Made by a program: the position numbers and the translations under genes. 37,581 nt of DNA, taken from Octopus sinensis. Its lineage: Eukaryota. Below, piece by piece: positions 21,999-34,793 of the stretch. The notes under the pieces were generated by a model that did not search any database, had not been told where the DNA came from, and saw only the letters and a program-made list of their open reading frames with translations. Numbering within the stretch: position 1 is the first letter of the stretch; each line of letters begins with the position of its first letter. Where the stretch lies: assembly GCF_006345805.1 (NCBI RefSeq), contig NW_021835906.1:1-37581 (forward strand), written 5' to 3'.

Positions 21999-22031
<33 letters not shown>

Positions 22032-22190
22032 CATATATACGACAGGCTTCTTTCAATTTCCGTCTACCAAATCCACTCACAAGGCATTGGTCGGCCCGGG
22101 GCTATAGCAGAAGACACTTGCCCAGTGGGACTGAACCCGGAACCATGTTGTTGGTAAGCAAGCTACTTACCACACAGCCACTCATGCGCC
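21788..22190 (-). mobile_element. SINE family B, near full length
   Basis: Same family landmarks. A short duplicate of the tail lies at 21655-21700. Confidence 0.9.
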
Positions 22191-22500
22191 TATAAGACGA
22201 CTTTTTTTTTTTTGGCACGCGAACGTTTTTAACGCGTGAACCTGGCGTTCAACCTGGCGTTCAACCTGGCGCTTACCTGAAAAGTCAGTCTCTCATCCAA
22301 ATACGCGTTTCTCGTTCGGGTTTGTTGTCTTGCGGACAGTTTTGTATACTTGCGGATTGTTGTGATATAACATTTATCCAAGTAAAATTAGTTATGAGTT
22401 CTTCTTCGCTGAAATCTTGTGGGTTATATTTTATAACTTTAGTAATCAAGGCCCAAATAAGTCACAATTACAGTTACAACATTATTTACTCAGCAATATT

Positions 22501-22860
22501 CTTTTCTACTCTTGGCACAAGGCTCGAAATTTTAGAGGAGGGAGGCTGTCGATTAGATCGACCCCTGTACGCAAATGGTACGTAATTTATCGACCCCGCA
22601 GGGATGAAAGGCAAACTCGACCTCGGCGGAATTTGAACTCAGAACGTAAAGACAGACGAAATACTTATTTCTTTACAACCCACAAGGGGCTAAACATAGA
22701 GGGGACAAACAAGGACAGACAAACGGATTAAGTCGATTACGTTGACCCCAGTGCGTAACTGGTACTTAATTTATCGACTCCGAAAGGATGAAAGGCAAAG
22801 TCGACCTCGGCGGAATTTGAACTCGGAGCGTAAAGACAGACGAAATACTGCTAAGCATTT
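22501..22860 (-). mobile_element. SINE family A dimer, head truncated
   Basis: Two core units joined at AAATAAG|TATTTCGTC. Confidence 0.85.
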
Positions 22861-23346
22861 CTATTTTCAGATTATTTCTATTTAATTAATTTCCACTTTT
22901 TTCCTTTCCATTTTTAGAATTTTCTATTTTAAAATCTTTCCCGGTTTATCATTTCTTCATGCCTTTTTGCCTTTGCTCTTCTGGATCAGTTCATTCTTCT
23001 GTGTCAGTATTCTGAGACGACAATTGTTCCGCTTCTTATCTACAAAGCTATGAGTTCGTTATCAAGGAGCAGCAGCAAAGCTAACCCGGGTCTCATACTA
23101 CATCTTTGATAGACTGATTAGTCGGCACTCAGTCAATTCTGTGCTACCCACTTATCTCTGGCAGCACATTGCATTGACGTAGAACTAAGTAGATAAACGA
23201 AACCATCCTTTCAGACTTGCCACTCCCCACAAACTTACAACGACAAACCCACCAAATGAGTCACTCATAACTACAACACTTCAGACAAAAAGAAAAAAAA
23301 ATTAAAAAAAGAGAAATGACCACCTTTACAAACTGGACCGGTTTTA

Positions 23347-23764
23347 GGATCTTTTCGGTTTGAACGGCAGTTTTTTTAATAATTTCCACGTAACTAAACA
23401 CTTTTAAACTTCGTATACTGGTAGAATGTGTTTATAAAACATCTTTTTCTCTTGGCTTTATTCAGAAAATTCTATCGTTTGTAAGATATTTTTGGGGGTT
23501 TTTTTCTTCAATTTCTGCAATTTCAACCAATCAATGACATCTATTGAGGTGAAAACATTCTGTGCCGTATAAATATGTGCTTCGTTTAAGAAACAGATTG
23601 GGTTTATTTACATTTCTGAAGAAAAAAAAGATACCCTTCCCCCTACCCCTAACCCTAACCCTAAAACAAATTGAAATGCAATAGATCGATACTAGGGTCA
23701 TAATTATGGGTGACAATTTCATATGACACCGCTAGAAAAACTGCCGTTCAAACCGAAAAGATCC
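23347..23764. mobile_element. MITE of the GGATCTTTTCGG family with a 9-bp TSD
   Basis: 29-bp perfect TIRs. CCGGTTTTA is duplicated at 23338-23346 and 23765-23773. Collinear with 5176-5590. Confidence 0.9.
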
Positions 23765-24265
23765 CCGGTTTTACCCTGCACAGCAATTCTTTCAAGACCA
23801 TCTTCTCTCAGCTCCGCAAGTATTCCCGATTCCCAACCGATCATTCCGATTCCTTTCATTGTTTCGGCTTCACACACTTGTTCCGGTTTTAATAAAAAAA
23901 ATTCTTCACAAGTGTAGTGTTTCAGGCCAATTATGAAAATCACAACCATTTCTTTTAAAGAAGAATTAATAATGAAAAAGTTACGAACCTTTAAAGATTT
24001 TTATTTTTTATTTTCATGTAATTTTAGCCATTCAGATCCACTTATTCACGACATAATGAAATCTGAATTGTCGTTTGTTCTCACAGTGTAACCACTTGAT
24101 ACTAAACAGATTGAAACTATAGGAAGAATCGAAACCGAATCGACGAATTTAAAATCACAGCTTAGTAACAGCTTTTTTATGTGATCGACCGAATTATGGA
24201 CCAGTCAGTAGCCAGACATCGCGTGATGTATCTTTTTAGCCGTCTCCAGAATATTCACCAAACAA

Positions 24266-24430
24266 GGAGTGGCTGTGTGGTAAGTAGCTTGCTTACCAGC
24301 CACATGGTTCCGGGTTCAGTCGCACTGTGTGGCATCTTGGGCAAGTGTCTTCTGCTATAGCCCCGGGCCGACCAATGCCTTGTGAGTGGATTTGGTAGAC
24401 GGAAACTGAAAGAAGCCTGTCGTATATATG

Positions 24431-24484
<54 letters not shown>

Positions 24485-24699
24485 GTGTGTGTGCCTGTGT
24501 TTGTCCCCCTAGCATTGCTTGAAACCGATGCTGGTGTGTTTACGTCCCCCGTAACTTAGCGGTTCGGCAAAAGAGACCGATAGAATAAGTACTGGGCTTA
24601 CAAAGAATAAGTCCCGGGGTCGATTTGCTCGACTAAAGGCGGTGCTCCAGCATGGCCGCAGTCAAATGACTGAAACAAGTAAAAGAGTAAAAGAGTAAA
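24266..24699 (+). mobile_element. SINE family B, full length
   Basis: Head, internal (TA)(TG) tract and tail. Confidence 0.9.
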
Positions 24700-25209
24700 G
24701 GCTTATAGATACTTAAGTAAAAACAGCAAAGGGAATATGTGGTACGTTTAGCTGCTGGCTTTCACAATACTGAAGTATCTATAAGCCTTGTTAGGACCCT
24801 TACTCAGACATGCGGCTACAGTTCGCCGACACGAACTCAGTGTGTATATTTTCTCCTGCCTTGGCAATGTAATTACAGTCTTTTTAACCAACAATTTACA
24901 AGAGCCACATAATATTCTTTCCGGTGCATAAACTCTCTGGTGACAATTTCTAATTCCTGACCAACATGAAAATTATTTGTTGAGGTAAAATAAAAATCTG
25001 TTAATTGCTCACGAGTCGTGCATTCGTTATACGCAGCCTGAACCCGACTCGACTACCAACATCTCGTATCTTTATCCTTTGTCTGTCATGGCTACCTTCA
25101 TCTACGCCATCCCGTGGCAATACAATTGTGATCGATTACGTGAAGAGTCAACAATTTGAGACCAAACCAGCTGAAACCATCACGAGTGATCAAGAGGAGA
25201 ATTCGTTAT

Positions 25210-25437
25210 ATGTATGTATGCATGTATGTATGTGTGCATGTGTGTATGTGCGTTTTTTTATGTATGTATGTATGTATGTATGTATGTATGTATGTATGTA
25301 TGTATGTATGTATGTATGTATGTATGAATATATGTAGGTAGGTATGTATGTATGTATGTATGTATGTATGTATGCATGTATGCATGTATGTATGTATGTA
25401 TGTATGTATGTATGTATGTATGTATGTATGTATGTAT
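25210..25437. repeat. (TATG)n microsatellite
   Basis: Read directly from the sequence. Confidence 0.95.
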
Positions 25438-25847
25438 GGGGAGTATGGAGTTACCCTTTACTTACCGTTACTCTCCGGGTCCATTCTGACCCGGATCGGT
25501 GGTACTTGTCTGGGTGCTATCTATGAGTTAAATAAATTCCCCGAGAGTAGAGAAGACTCCCGTTATGTTAAAGAAAGCCGTGGCGGAGGTAGTTCTTCTA
25601 GAAGAAAGATATTTTGACATAAAACTTGCAGTCAAAACAGTAGCAGTCGTCTTTCAATGCTTATCAATGCAATTCCCCGCGGCGACCGAGACGTACAGAT
25701 TTCTTATCGTTTCGTTTCTTGATCCGTTTCGCATTTTATAAAGTCATGTGGCGATGGATATCTGTGCACTTGTAAAAGACGAAAGTAAACCAGAACAATC
25801 AGGCTAAATGTGAGACGGCTTTCATTGGACAAGATGAGGGAGTCAGC

Positions 25848-26245
25848 GTGTGTGTATGTATGTATGTATGTATGTATGTATGTATGTATGTATGTATGTA
25901 TGTATGTATGTATGTATGTATGTATGTATGTATGTATGTATTTGTATGTTTGTGTATGTATGTATGTGTGTGTGTATGTATGTATATATTTATGCAAGTA
26001 TGTATGTATGCATGTATGTATGTATGTATGTGTGTATGTATGTATGCATGTATGTATGCATCTATGTATGTATATGTGTGTATGTATGTATGTGTGTGTA
26101 TGTATGCATGTATGTATTTATGTATGTATGTGTGTGTATGTATGCATGTATGTATTTATGTATGTATGTGTGTGTATGTATGCATGTATGTATTTATGTA
26201 TGTATGTATTTATGTATGTATGTATGTATGTATTTATGTATGTGC
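25848..26245. repeat. (TATG)n microsatellite with variants
   Basis: Read directly from the sequence. It abuts the 3' end of the RLE fragment at 26246. Confidence 0.95.
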
Positions 26246-26630
26246 AGATTTGCATGTTTTATGTATGTCTTCTCTGGCATATAATTGCATATCTAGCCAC
26301 GCTCATATATATTTAAATGATAAACTTCTGGAAAGTTTTACAGATATTTACAGTTCAAGTGATGGATTGGATCTGTAGTCTTCGAATTAGCTTTCTCCAT
26401 TCTGGATCTGAGAAGCCTAATTTCTCAAGTTTGCATTTAGGCAGTGTGTTATACTTCCCAGGGCCCCAATAATTACAGGTATAGACATGAACGTGTAATC
26501 TGGATAGATTAACTGCAGATTTCTCAATAGTTCAGCGTGAGTGTTCTCTTTTCCACTGATCTTCAGCTTTATGTTAACATCCGCCGGGCAGCTAAATTCC
26601 ACAACTGAGCACAGTTTCTCTTCTCTATCC
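26246..26630 (-). mobile_element. 3' fragment of an RLE-type retrotransposon, same lineage as 798-1157
   Basis: DREEKLCSVVEFSCPADVNIKLKISGKENTHAELLRNLQLIYPDYTFMSIPVIIGALG, with a matching 3' UTR (CAGAAGTTTATCATTTAAATATATATGAGC). Confidence 0.8.
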
Positions 26631-26959
26631 CGAGTGTGTGTGTGCGTATGTATGTATATATGTATGTATGTATGTAAATATATATATATATATGAAGAAA
26701 GAGATCATCACATCTTCAATAACTCGTTACAATTGTTTCTATACCAACTCTGTAGTCTTCTTCTTTGATTTATGTTTTATTCTTCGCTAAACACACTAAA
26801 ATGGTTTTACCATTGTGATGCTTGGATGTTCAACAACTGAAGAATTTCCATCTTACTTAAGGCTGTAGTCCGAGGGTGTAGATGGTCTGAAGCTCATGTT
26901 GAGTGCTGCCTTGGAAATAATACCCTATCTTTCTACCCTAGCAGGACCTTAGTATATAG

Positions 26960-27229
26960 TCTTTTACTCTTTTACTTGTTTCAGTCGTTTGACTGCGGCC
27001 ATGCTGGAGCACCGCCTTCAGTCGAACAAATCGACCTCAGGACTTTATTCTTTGTAAGCCTAGTACTTATTCTATCTCTCTTTTTGCCGAACCGCTAAGT
27101 TACGTGGACGTAAACACACCAGCATCGGTTGTCAAGTGATGTGGGGGAGACAAGCAGATACACAAACAGTAATATATATGTATGTATATGTATATATATA
27201 TATATATATAATATATATAATTACTATAT

Positions 27230-27276
<47 letters not shown>

Positions 27277-27443
27277 TATATATATACAGATGGGCTTCTT
27301 TCAGTTTCCGTCTACCTAAATCCACTTACAAGGCTTTGGTCGGCCCGAGGCTATAATAGAAACATCTGCTCAAGGTGCCACAGAGTGGGTCTGAACCGGA
27401 ACCATGTGGTTCGTAAGCAAGCTACTTACCACATACCCACTCC
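26960..27443 (-). mobile_element. SINE family B with an expanded internal (TA)n
   Basis: Family landmarks on both sides of a ~120-bp AT tract. Confidence 0.88.
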
Positions 27444-27485
27444 AGCGTCTATATATATATATATACATATATATATAGAATGGTT

Positions 27486-27629
27486 GTATACTGTCAATCT
27501 AACACGAACGTGACAGTAGGGGGTACACCACCGCTGTTTAGCCCTAGGAAGCATCGACGCCTCCTGATGGCTTTGACACATTTTTCCTGTGTCCTTATAT
27601 ACATTTACGAAGGGGAGACAAACACCCCC
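27486..27629 (-). other. family E, divergent partial copy
   Basis: GCTGTTTAGCCCTAGGAAGCATCG..GGCTTTGACACATTTTTCCTGTGTCCTTAT..AAGGGGAG aligns with the other E copies and keeps the hairpins. Confidence 0.6.
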
Positions 27630-27987
<358 letters not shown>

Positions 27988-28177
27988 CAGTGATGTATGG
28001 TGGTTGTTGTATTCGGTGTGCTGCCACACCCAACGCCACCAAATTTCAAGCAGAGGTATAACAAAAGTTCTCCTTTACGATTTGGGATTTAATGAGTCAG
28101 TTTGATATTTATAACGAATTTGCCATTTTTGATGGGTGTGCTGCATACACCTAGCACATCCAGATTATACGCCCCTG
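27988..28177. mobile_element. possible old MITE
   Basis: Degenerate inverted ends CAGTGATGTAT..GGTGTGCTGCCACACCC versus GGGTGTGCTGCATACACC..ATACGCCCCTG. No clean TSD. Confidence 0.35.
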
Positions 28178-28209
28178 ATATATATACATACATATACGTG
28201 TGTGTGTGT

Positions 28210-28262
<53 letters not shown>

Positions 28263-29498
28263 ATATACGTACACGTTATACTAAGCCGTAGTAAGTACAA
28301 AGTCTAGAATATATTTATAATTGCTCGGATGTTGTCGAGTGATTCAATGACAGACACACGGATAGTTTACGATTAAATTATTATCAACTCTGTAAAAAGA
28401 GAGGGGAAAAAAAAATTTTTTTGTGTGAAAATTGGAAATTCAAAGATTTGGCAATATATTTTCCTTTGGTCGTTTTATCCGGTACATAGTAAGAAAAAAC
28501 CTCTAACAATCTTTCACTATTGAACCAGACAAAATTGATTTTTGCCTTGTATTTCCATCGTATGATAGTACAGTATAATGATTAACATACTGCGTTTCTC
28601 ACGCAAGGAAACTAACGCTTGGCAGCCATTGGGGAAGGAATATAAAATCGTGTGAAAATGTTTTGCCTAGTAATTTCGTGCTGTAAAACAAACTACCATT
28701 CACTAGACTGACTTTCTACGCTCTTTTTATATATATATATATATAATTTCTCCCATGACAATCATTAATATTTTAGTCATGCTCACTTAAACTAAACCCG
28801 CACGCATGCGCACACGTAAACACACTTTTTATGTATTTCTGCTTCCCTCTTTTTCTCTTGTTTCTCTCAGCTCCCCAACCGATTCTTCCTTTCTTTCTTC
28901 TATCTCTCCCTCTTTCTTTCTTTCTTCCGTTCTGTTTCTTTTTCTCTCGCTTTTCTTTCTCTCTTTTCTTTTCGTTCCGAAGATTCGACACAAATTCTAA
29001 CTCGATTATTAAAACCGTTTCAATACATTTAGAATCAACTCAGATTCTGTAATGGCCAGATTATCCTCTTATAATCTGCTCACGGCAAATTGTAATTTCC
29101 TGTTGAAGGAAAACAGATTTCCTCAAAAATATCGAAAAGCGGATATTCTTGTAATCCACCTCAATGTCTTTTATCTCCGACTCCGCATTAAAATAATTTC
29201 CAGTTGCCCAATTTCACTTAACCATTCCATTAACGTCTCACCTGACCGACTGAGGGATCAAAAGCGGCACAAAGTAAACAGCGGGAGCATTGTTTAGTTG
29301 ACGAGTGTTCGGCTAACTTTTACTACCGAGCTCAAATTTTTGCACCACTGAAGAGTCACTTATTTATGGATGTACTAGATTTCGTTCTGTCCTTTGCATT
29401 CTGATTTCAAACCCTGTCAAGGTTAATAAATTAATATTCATGGACAGCATCCGATTCAATCGACTATTCCTACCTTTTTTTTTTTTTTTTTTACAAAT

Positions 29499-29891
29499 TC
29501 TAGCAATAACGCCCTGGCGTTGCTCGGGTTTGTTTCGACCCTTTAGAACTCGAATTTTTGAAAAGTAAAAATTTTGCATTATGTAGCTTGTTATTCTCTT
29601 TAGGTGAACATTTTTATGGTTGAAATACACCGAAAAATGGCGACACAGCAGTCAAAAAATCGTAGAAAATAGGGATTTTGATAGAAAAAATGCACCTTTT
29701 TGATGTAAATCATTTTTGGTGTTAACATGGTCCGATTTGAATTTTATCTCCTACGGAATGAAGAGCAAGCCTTCTTCTATCATACTCTCGATTTTGGTCA
29801 ACTTGCGCCGCAGGGTCTCGGAGGAGATAGTGTTAGTTGAAGGCTACCAAACCTACCACACACAGACAACTTCAGCTTTATATATAGAGAT
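29499..29891 (+). mobile_element. non-autonomous Helitron/Helentron-like element
   Basis: 5' CTAGCAATAACGCCCTGGCGTTGCTCGGG and 3' CAGACAACTTCAGCTTTATATATAGAGAT resemble the termini of DINE/HINE-type elements (from recall). T-flanked, no TSD. Confidence 0.5.
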
Positions 29892-30512
29892 TTGGCCGTG
29901 TATCAACATGAGAAGCCATTAGTTTAATGTTTACTTGAATATCTCACTATTTTCAACACCAAAACTTTATAAGAGATGATTCTCACGAATTAATAAGTTG
30001 ATATTTGTTATAATCACTTCATTTACCAGAAATAGTAGCCAAATCACGATCGAATCTCACCTGGTTGTCCTTTTATGAGCGTAGAATGTGATTTGATTTG
30101 AAAGGCAGCAAAAACAATTTTCATACGCCGCTCATTTGTTACAAAGTTTCTATTTAATTCCTTAACCAACCCAACCATGACAGCTCAGTTCTTACATATC
30201 AGCTGTGTTCTTTAAATATGTCAACCACACATTTCATGTCCTAAATCTTGGGACAGCAATACGCCTGCACCTGTTCCTGCTAATCATAAAGATGACTACT
30301 GTCACAGACTTGATATTATATTCCGAGCTAATAGGCTTATTGCAGCAGATCTGACTGAAGTTAGTCAACAACAGCGAGGCTGGTCGTCTGTTCATTTTGT
30401 TCTTGCGATTCGAATGTTATAAAAGGGCCCAAAGAGGGCGAAAACCAGAGCAAAAATCAAACCTTCCTCCATTGACTGACAAACAACTACTGTCATAAGC
30501 AAAAAGCAATAA

Positions 30513-30631
30513 AACGACGACGACGACGACCACCACCACCACCACCACCACCACTACTACTATTACTACTACTACAACTACTACTACTACTACTACTGCT
30601 GCTGCTGCTACTGCTGCTGCTGCTGCTGCTG

Positions 30632-30663
<32 letters not shown>

Positions 30664-30713
30664 GCTACTACCACTACTACTATTATTATTACTACTACTA
30701 CTACTATTACTAC
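30513..30713. repeat. compound (ACG)(ACC)(ACT)(GCT) trinucleotide array
   Basis: Read directly from the sequence. Confidence 0.92.
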
Positions 30714-33120
30714 AACGCTCCCACGATCGATTGGCCCGCATCAATTTGTACAACATCTTCCCGGTTCGGCCAGGCCCTTCTTGACGTGGCTGAAGATTGT
30801 TTTCTCTCGCAACATGTTGAATATCCGACAAGGCATCGGTCTGGGTTGCAGCCATCTATGCTGGATCTGGTATTCTCCCGCTATCCAAGATCAGTGTCAG
30901 ACGTATCTGTGTGCGCCCCTCTTGCCAAGAGTGATATGCGGTCCTGAAGTTCGTCATGCACACAACTTTTTCTACGCCCACGACTACTTCGCTGCCACGT
31001 AGAGTCTTCTCTGCAATTAATCTTGAAATTCTAACCGAGGCTTCCGCGCTTCTGGACTGGCGATCCCTGATAACGTTGTCCTCAGTTGACGAACTATGGT
31101 CATCCCTCAAAGCATATGTAATCTGGTTGACTGACCAGGCAGTTCCCGTTGGGCTTCCCAAGAAGAAGAAACACAAGCCCTGGGTGACGAAGAAGGTTAA
31201 ACGAGAACGTCGACTCAGAGATATTGCTTGGGCTGAATTCAAAAATCTGGATTCGACTGCATCTTTTGAGGTGTACAAAACTCAACGAGACCGAGCCGTG
31301 AAAATTGAAAAGGAAGAACGCTTCAGTTATGAATACAAAATCGCGGCAAATGCCAGTAGCAATCCAAAAAACCTTCTTTGCCCATGTCCAACGGAATCCC
31401 GCTTGAACAACCAGATTGCAACGTTGGTAGACTCAACAGGCGTATCGATTGAGGACCCTTATCACAGAGTCAATTATTTGCCGAGGCTTTTTCAACTATT
31501 TCAAACAAGATGATGGTCGTGAACCCCCTCCATTTGATAGATCGGTACCTCCAATGCTTCGATTGGTCATCACGCGGGACGAAGTCCAAACGTGTTATTC
31601 AAGGCCTCGATGTCAACAAGGGTCACGGCCCTGACGGCATACACCCAGGTTATCAAAGCGTTGGCTCCGGTCATCTGCGAGCCCTTAACACGTCTATTCA
31701 ATATGTCATTGGCGACGGGTGTTATACCTGCGGACTGGAGAACAGCGATAATCTGCCCAATTTTCAAGAAAGGGAGCCGCGAAGACCCGCTTAACTACCG
31801 ACCGGTTTCCCTTACATCAATAATCAGCAAGATGTTCGAAACCATCCTAAGAAAGAAAAGTATGATGCTCCACCTCCAAAAAACAGCCTCTATCTCTGAT
31901 TCCCAACACGGCTTCGTGCCGAAGAGATCATGCTTGACAACTTACTGTAATGGAAGAATTGGTGACGCGCATCCTCGATGATAGTGATGCTGTTGACATC
32001 GTTTTATTGGACTTTGCCAAAGCTTTTGACTCGGTTAACTACCGCCTATTACTTGTCAAGCTTCAAGCATATAGTTTCCATCCGGATATTGTACGATGGG
32101 TTGGTGCCTTCCTCTCAGATCGCTCCTTCCAAGTCCAAGTTAATGGTTCGCGGTCCGACGTCTCCAGTGCGAGCAGTGGCGTGCCTCAAGGTTCAGTGCT
32201 TGGGCCCTTATTGTTCTTAGTCTTCATAAATGACTTGCCCGACGACCTCACGCAACACCCTTCTATTTGCCGACGATATCAAACTGGTCGCTCCTCGCGG
32301 TGATATAGAGGATCTTCGTCGATGCCTCCACCAAATTTGAAGTGGTCTAACGAATGGGACCTGTGTCTGAACGTATCAAAGTGCTGTCATCTGCCTGTTG
32401 GCTCTCCTCCTGCAACTCAACTTGATTTCGAGCCGGGTCGTCTGCTGCTGGAGAGGACCGATCAGGTAAAGGACCTGGGTATCTTGGTGAATTCCTCCTT
32501 TTCGCCTTCGGCCCAGTGCGTCCATGCTGCCAACAAAGCACGCGGAATTCTGTTCTTGATTCGACGGTCATTCGGAATGCTCACAGCAGCCATATTCCTA
32601 CCACTCTATGTCACGCTGGTGAGACCCATATTGGAGTACGGGATTCAAACCTCTTCTCCTTATCTCCTCAAAGACATACAGCTGGCTACCCGCATGGTTC
32701 ATGGTCTCAAAAATTTGTCCTATGAAGAAAGGCTGAGGACGCTCGACTTTTATTCTCTAGAAAAACGCCGCCGCCGTGGTGAGCTCATTCTCGCCCACAA
32801 CATCATAAGCGGAAAGTGTAACCTCTCGAAAGAGCTGTTCTTCACTCCTACTCCAGAGCGTCGGCTGCGGGGTCACTCCGAAAAGCTCTACCTGCGACGA
32901 TTTCATCTCAATCGAAGGAGAGGAGCTTTCTCCGTCCGGGTTGCGGATCCGTGGAACAAGCTGCCAGACGAGATGAAGATGCCGACGACCGCTTTGTTCA
33001 AAGCCTCTCTGGACCTCAAGTGGCCTGAACTCTTTACATGAACACCACCCTGTACTTAACTCCATGTCCCCCTACATGGCCTTGCTATTTGCTTTTGAGC
33101 CAAAAAATTAACTAACTAAC
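30714..33120 (+). mobile_element. 5'-truncated CR1-clade LINE, ORF2 (APE C-terminus plus RT) broken by frameshifts
   Basis: NAPTIDW, QHVEYPTR, LDLVFS, KGHGPDGIHP, WRTAIICPIFKKG, NYRPVSLTS, QHGF, LDFAKAFDSV, GVPQGSVLGPLLF, FADDIK-like, KDLGI, LYVTLVRPILEY, LEKRRRRGEL, WNKLP, ending LDLKWPELFT* at 33041. 3' UTR hairpin CCATGT/ACATGG at 33062-33079 and a (TAAC)n tail. Confidence 0.95.
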
Positions 33121-33305
33121 TACTAGTGCTGCTGCTACTACAACAACTACTACTACTACTATTACTACTACCATTACTACTACTACTACTGCTACTACTA
33201 CTACCACTACCCCTACTGCTGCTGCTTCTACTACCACTACTACTACTACTAAAGCAACAGGAGCAACAGCTGGAGCAGCAGTAAGTGCAGCAGTAGGAGC
33301 AACAA
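33121..33305. repeat. (ACT)n/(GCT)n trinucleotide array
   Basis: Read directly from the sequence. Confidence 0.9.
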
Positions 33306-33709
33306 ATAATTTATGTCTCAGCTTTGTTCTGTTGCCTTCTTTTTTTTTGTTTTTCTTTCTCTTTCTCGCATCGCTTTCCCTCCGGCAATTGTTGCCGGGA
33401 TATCGAGTATTACATTAATCTTTAAACAATTCGATATCATTTGCTTATCCCATGCTATCCATACGATATTGCTCGTCGATAACATTTCGTCGAAATAGAA
33501 AACGGAACGGTAATGGAATTGCCACAGTGCAAATCTTCTTTCTGATACGTTTTCACAATTTGATATTTAAAGTCAACAATATGGCTGACGTAAGGTTTCT
33601 CAGGGGAGTCTTCTGCAGACTGAATACAGCGACAGTAGGACGTCACACATGTATATAATGGAGTGAACTGAAGCAGTACGATTGACTGGGATTGTTTATG
33701 CTATTAGAA

Positions 33710-34165
33710 ATCGGTAGAGTGTCAGAAAAATGTCCTGCGATATTCTTTTTTTTTTCTTCTGAGTTCAAATCCTGCAAAAGTCGTATTTGCCTTTCACCCT
33801 TTCGGATGGATAAAATAAAATACCAGACCTGTACTTGGCATATTTTGGCATATTTCGGTCATATTATGCGGAGAAAATTCCTGGAGAAGGACATCATGCT
33901 CGGAATGGTCAGTGGCAAGAGAGGAAGAGGCCGACCAAGAACCCGCTGGCTTGACACCATCAAGAGTGATCCCGGAATGGACATAGCCAATCTGAAAGAA
34001 GCGGCCCAGGATAGAACTGACTGGAGGACACTGATCCAACGAGTAACCGAGAGTCGACTTCGACTGAGCGGATAAAATAAGAAGAAAAAGTACTGGAGTC
34101 GATGGTATCGACTAACGCCTTCCCATGAAAACTACTGGCCTTGCGTCTAAATCGGAAACCATTCT
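33710..34165 (+). mobile_element. old SINE family A copy split by an RTE fragment
   Basis: CTGAGTTCAAATCC..TTTGCCTTTCACCCTTTCGG..AAATACCAG resumes at 34089 as AGTACTGGAGTCGATGGTATCGAC. Confidence 0.6.
33827..34088 (+). mobile_element. 3' end of an RTE-clade LINE
   Basis: YFGHIMRRKFLEKDIMLGMVSGKRGRGRPRTRWLDTIK..DRTDWR..SG* matches the RTE C-terminal GxRxRGRPxxRWxD motif. Followed by an A-rich tail. Confidence 0.85.
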
Positions 34166-34343
34166 GTGAAGAAATAGGGTGGGATATAGTGATGTTCTTT
34201 AGATGAATAGATACACAATCACACTTGGATGTGTGCATCGATAGTTCAAACGACACACTAACTCATCCACATATTTACAAACCCCAGGAACTCGCTTAGC
34301 TCAAAAAGCCTTGTCGCTTTGTTAGCGGGCGGCTTGAACTCTC

Positions 34344-34571
34344 ATACTCTTTACTCTTTTTACTCTTTTACTCTCTTTTACTTGTTTCAATCATTTGACT
34401 GCGGCCATGCTGGAGCACCGCCTTTAGTCGAATCAAGACTTATTCTTTGTAAGCCTAGTACTTATTCTATCGGTCTCTTTTACCGAACCGCTAAGTTACG
34501 GGGGACGTAAACACACCAGCATCGGTTGTCAAGCGATTTGGGGGGACAACACATATACACAACATATACCA

Positions 34572-34623
<52 letters not shown>

Positions 34624-34793
34624 CATATATACGACGGGCTTCTTTCAGTTTCCGTCTACCAAATCTACTCACAAAGCTTTGGTCGGCCCGAGGCTATAGT
34701 AGAAGACACTTGCCCAAGGTGCTACGCAGTGGGACTGAACCCGGAACCATGTGGTTCGTAAGCAAGCTACTTACCACACAGCCACTCCTGCGC
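34344..34793 (-). mobile_element. SINE family B, full length
   Basis: Family landmarks and an internal (TA)n. Confidence 0.9.

Noticed and set aside
23647-23664. Interstitial telomere
   Set aside because: Only three CCCTAA units, and they are an internal part of a MITE.
25466-25597. Minus-strand exon with good acceptor and GTAAGT donor
   Set aside because: All three frames contain stops, and the segment looks repeat-derived (TCCGGGTC/GACCCGGA palindrome).
28840-28980. Polypyrimidine tract as a giant splice acceptor
   Set aside because: It is low-complexity CT sequence with no open exon following.
30410-30450. Perfect TATAAAAG box
   Set aside because: It is isolated, followed by microsatellite and LINE rather than a gene, and such motifs are common in AT-rich DNA.
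33570-33600. CAACAATATGGCTGAC|GTAAGG start-exon-like signal
   Set aside because: It is only 9 coding bases with no identifiable partner exon, which is expected by chance.
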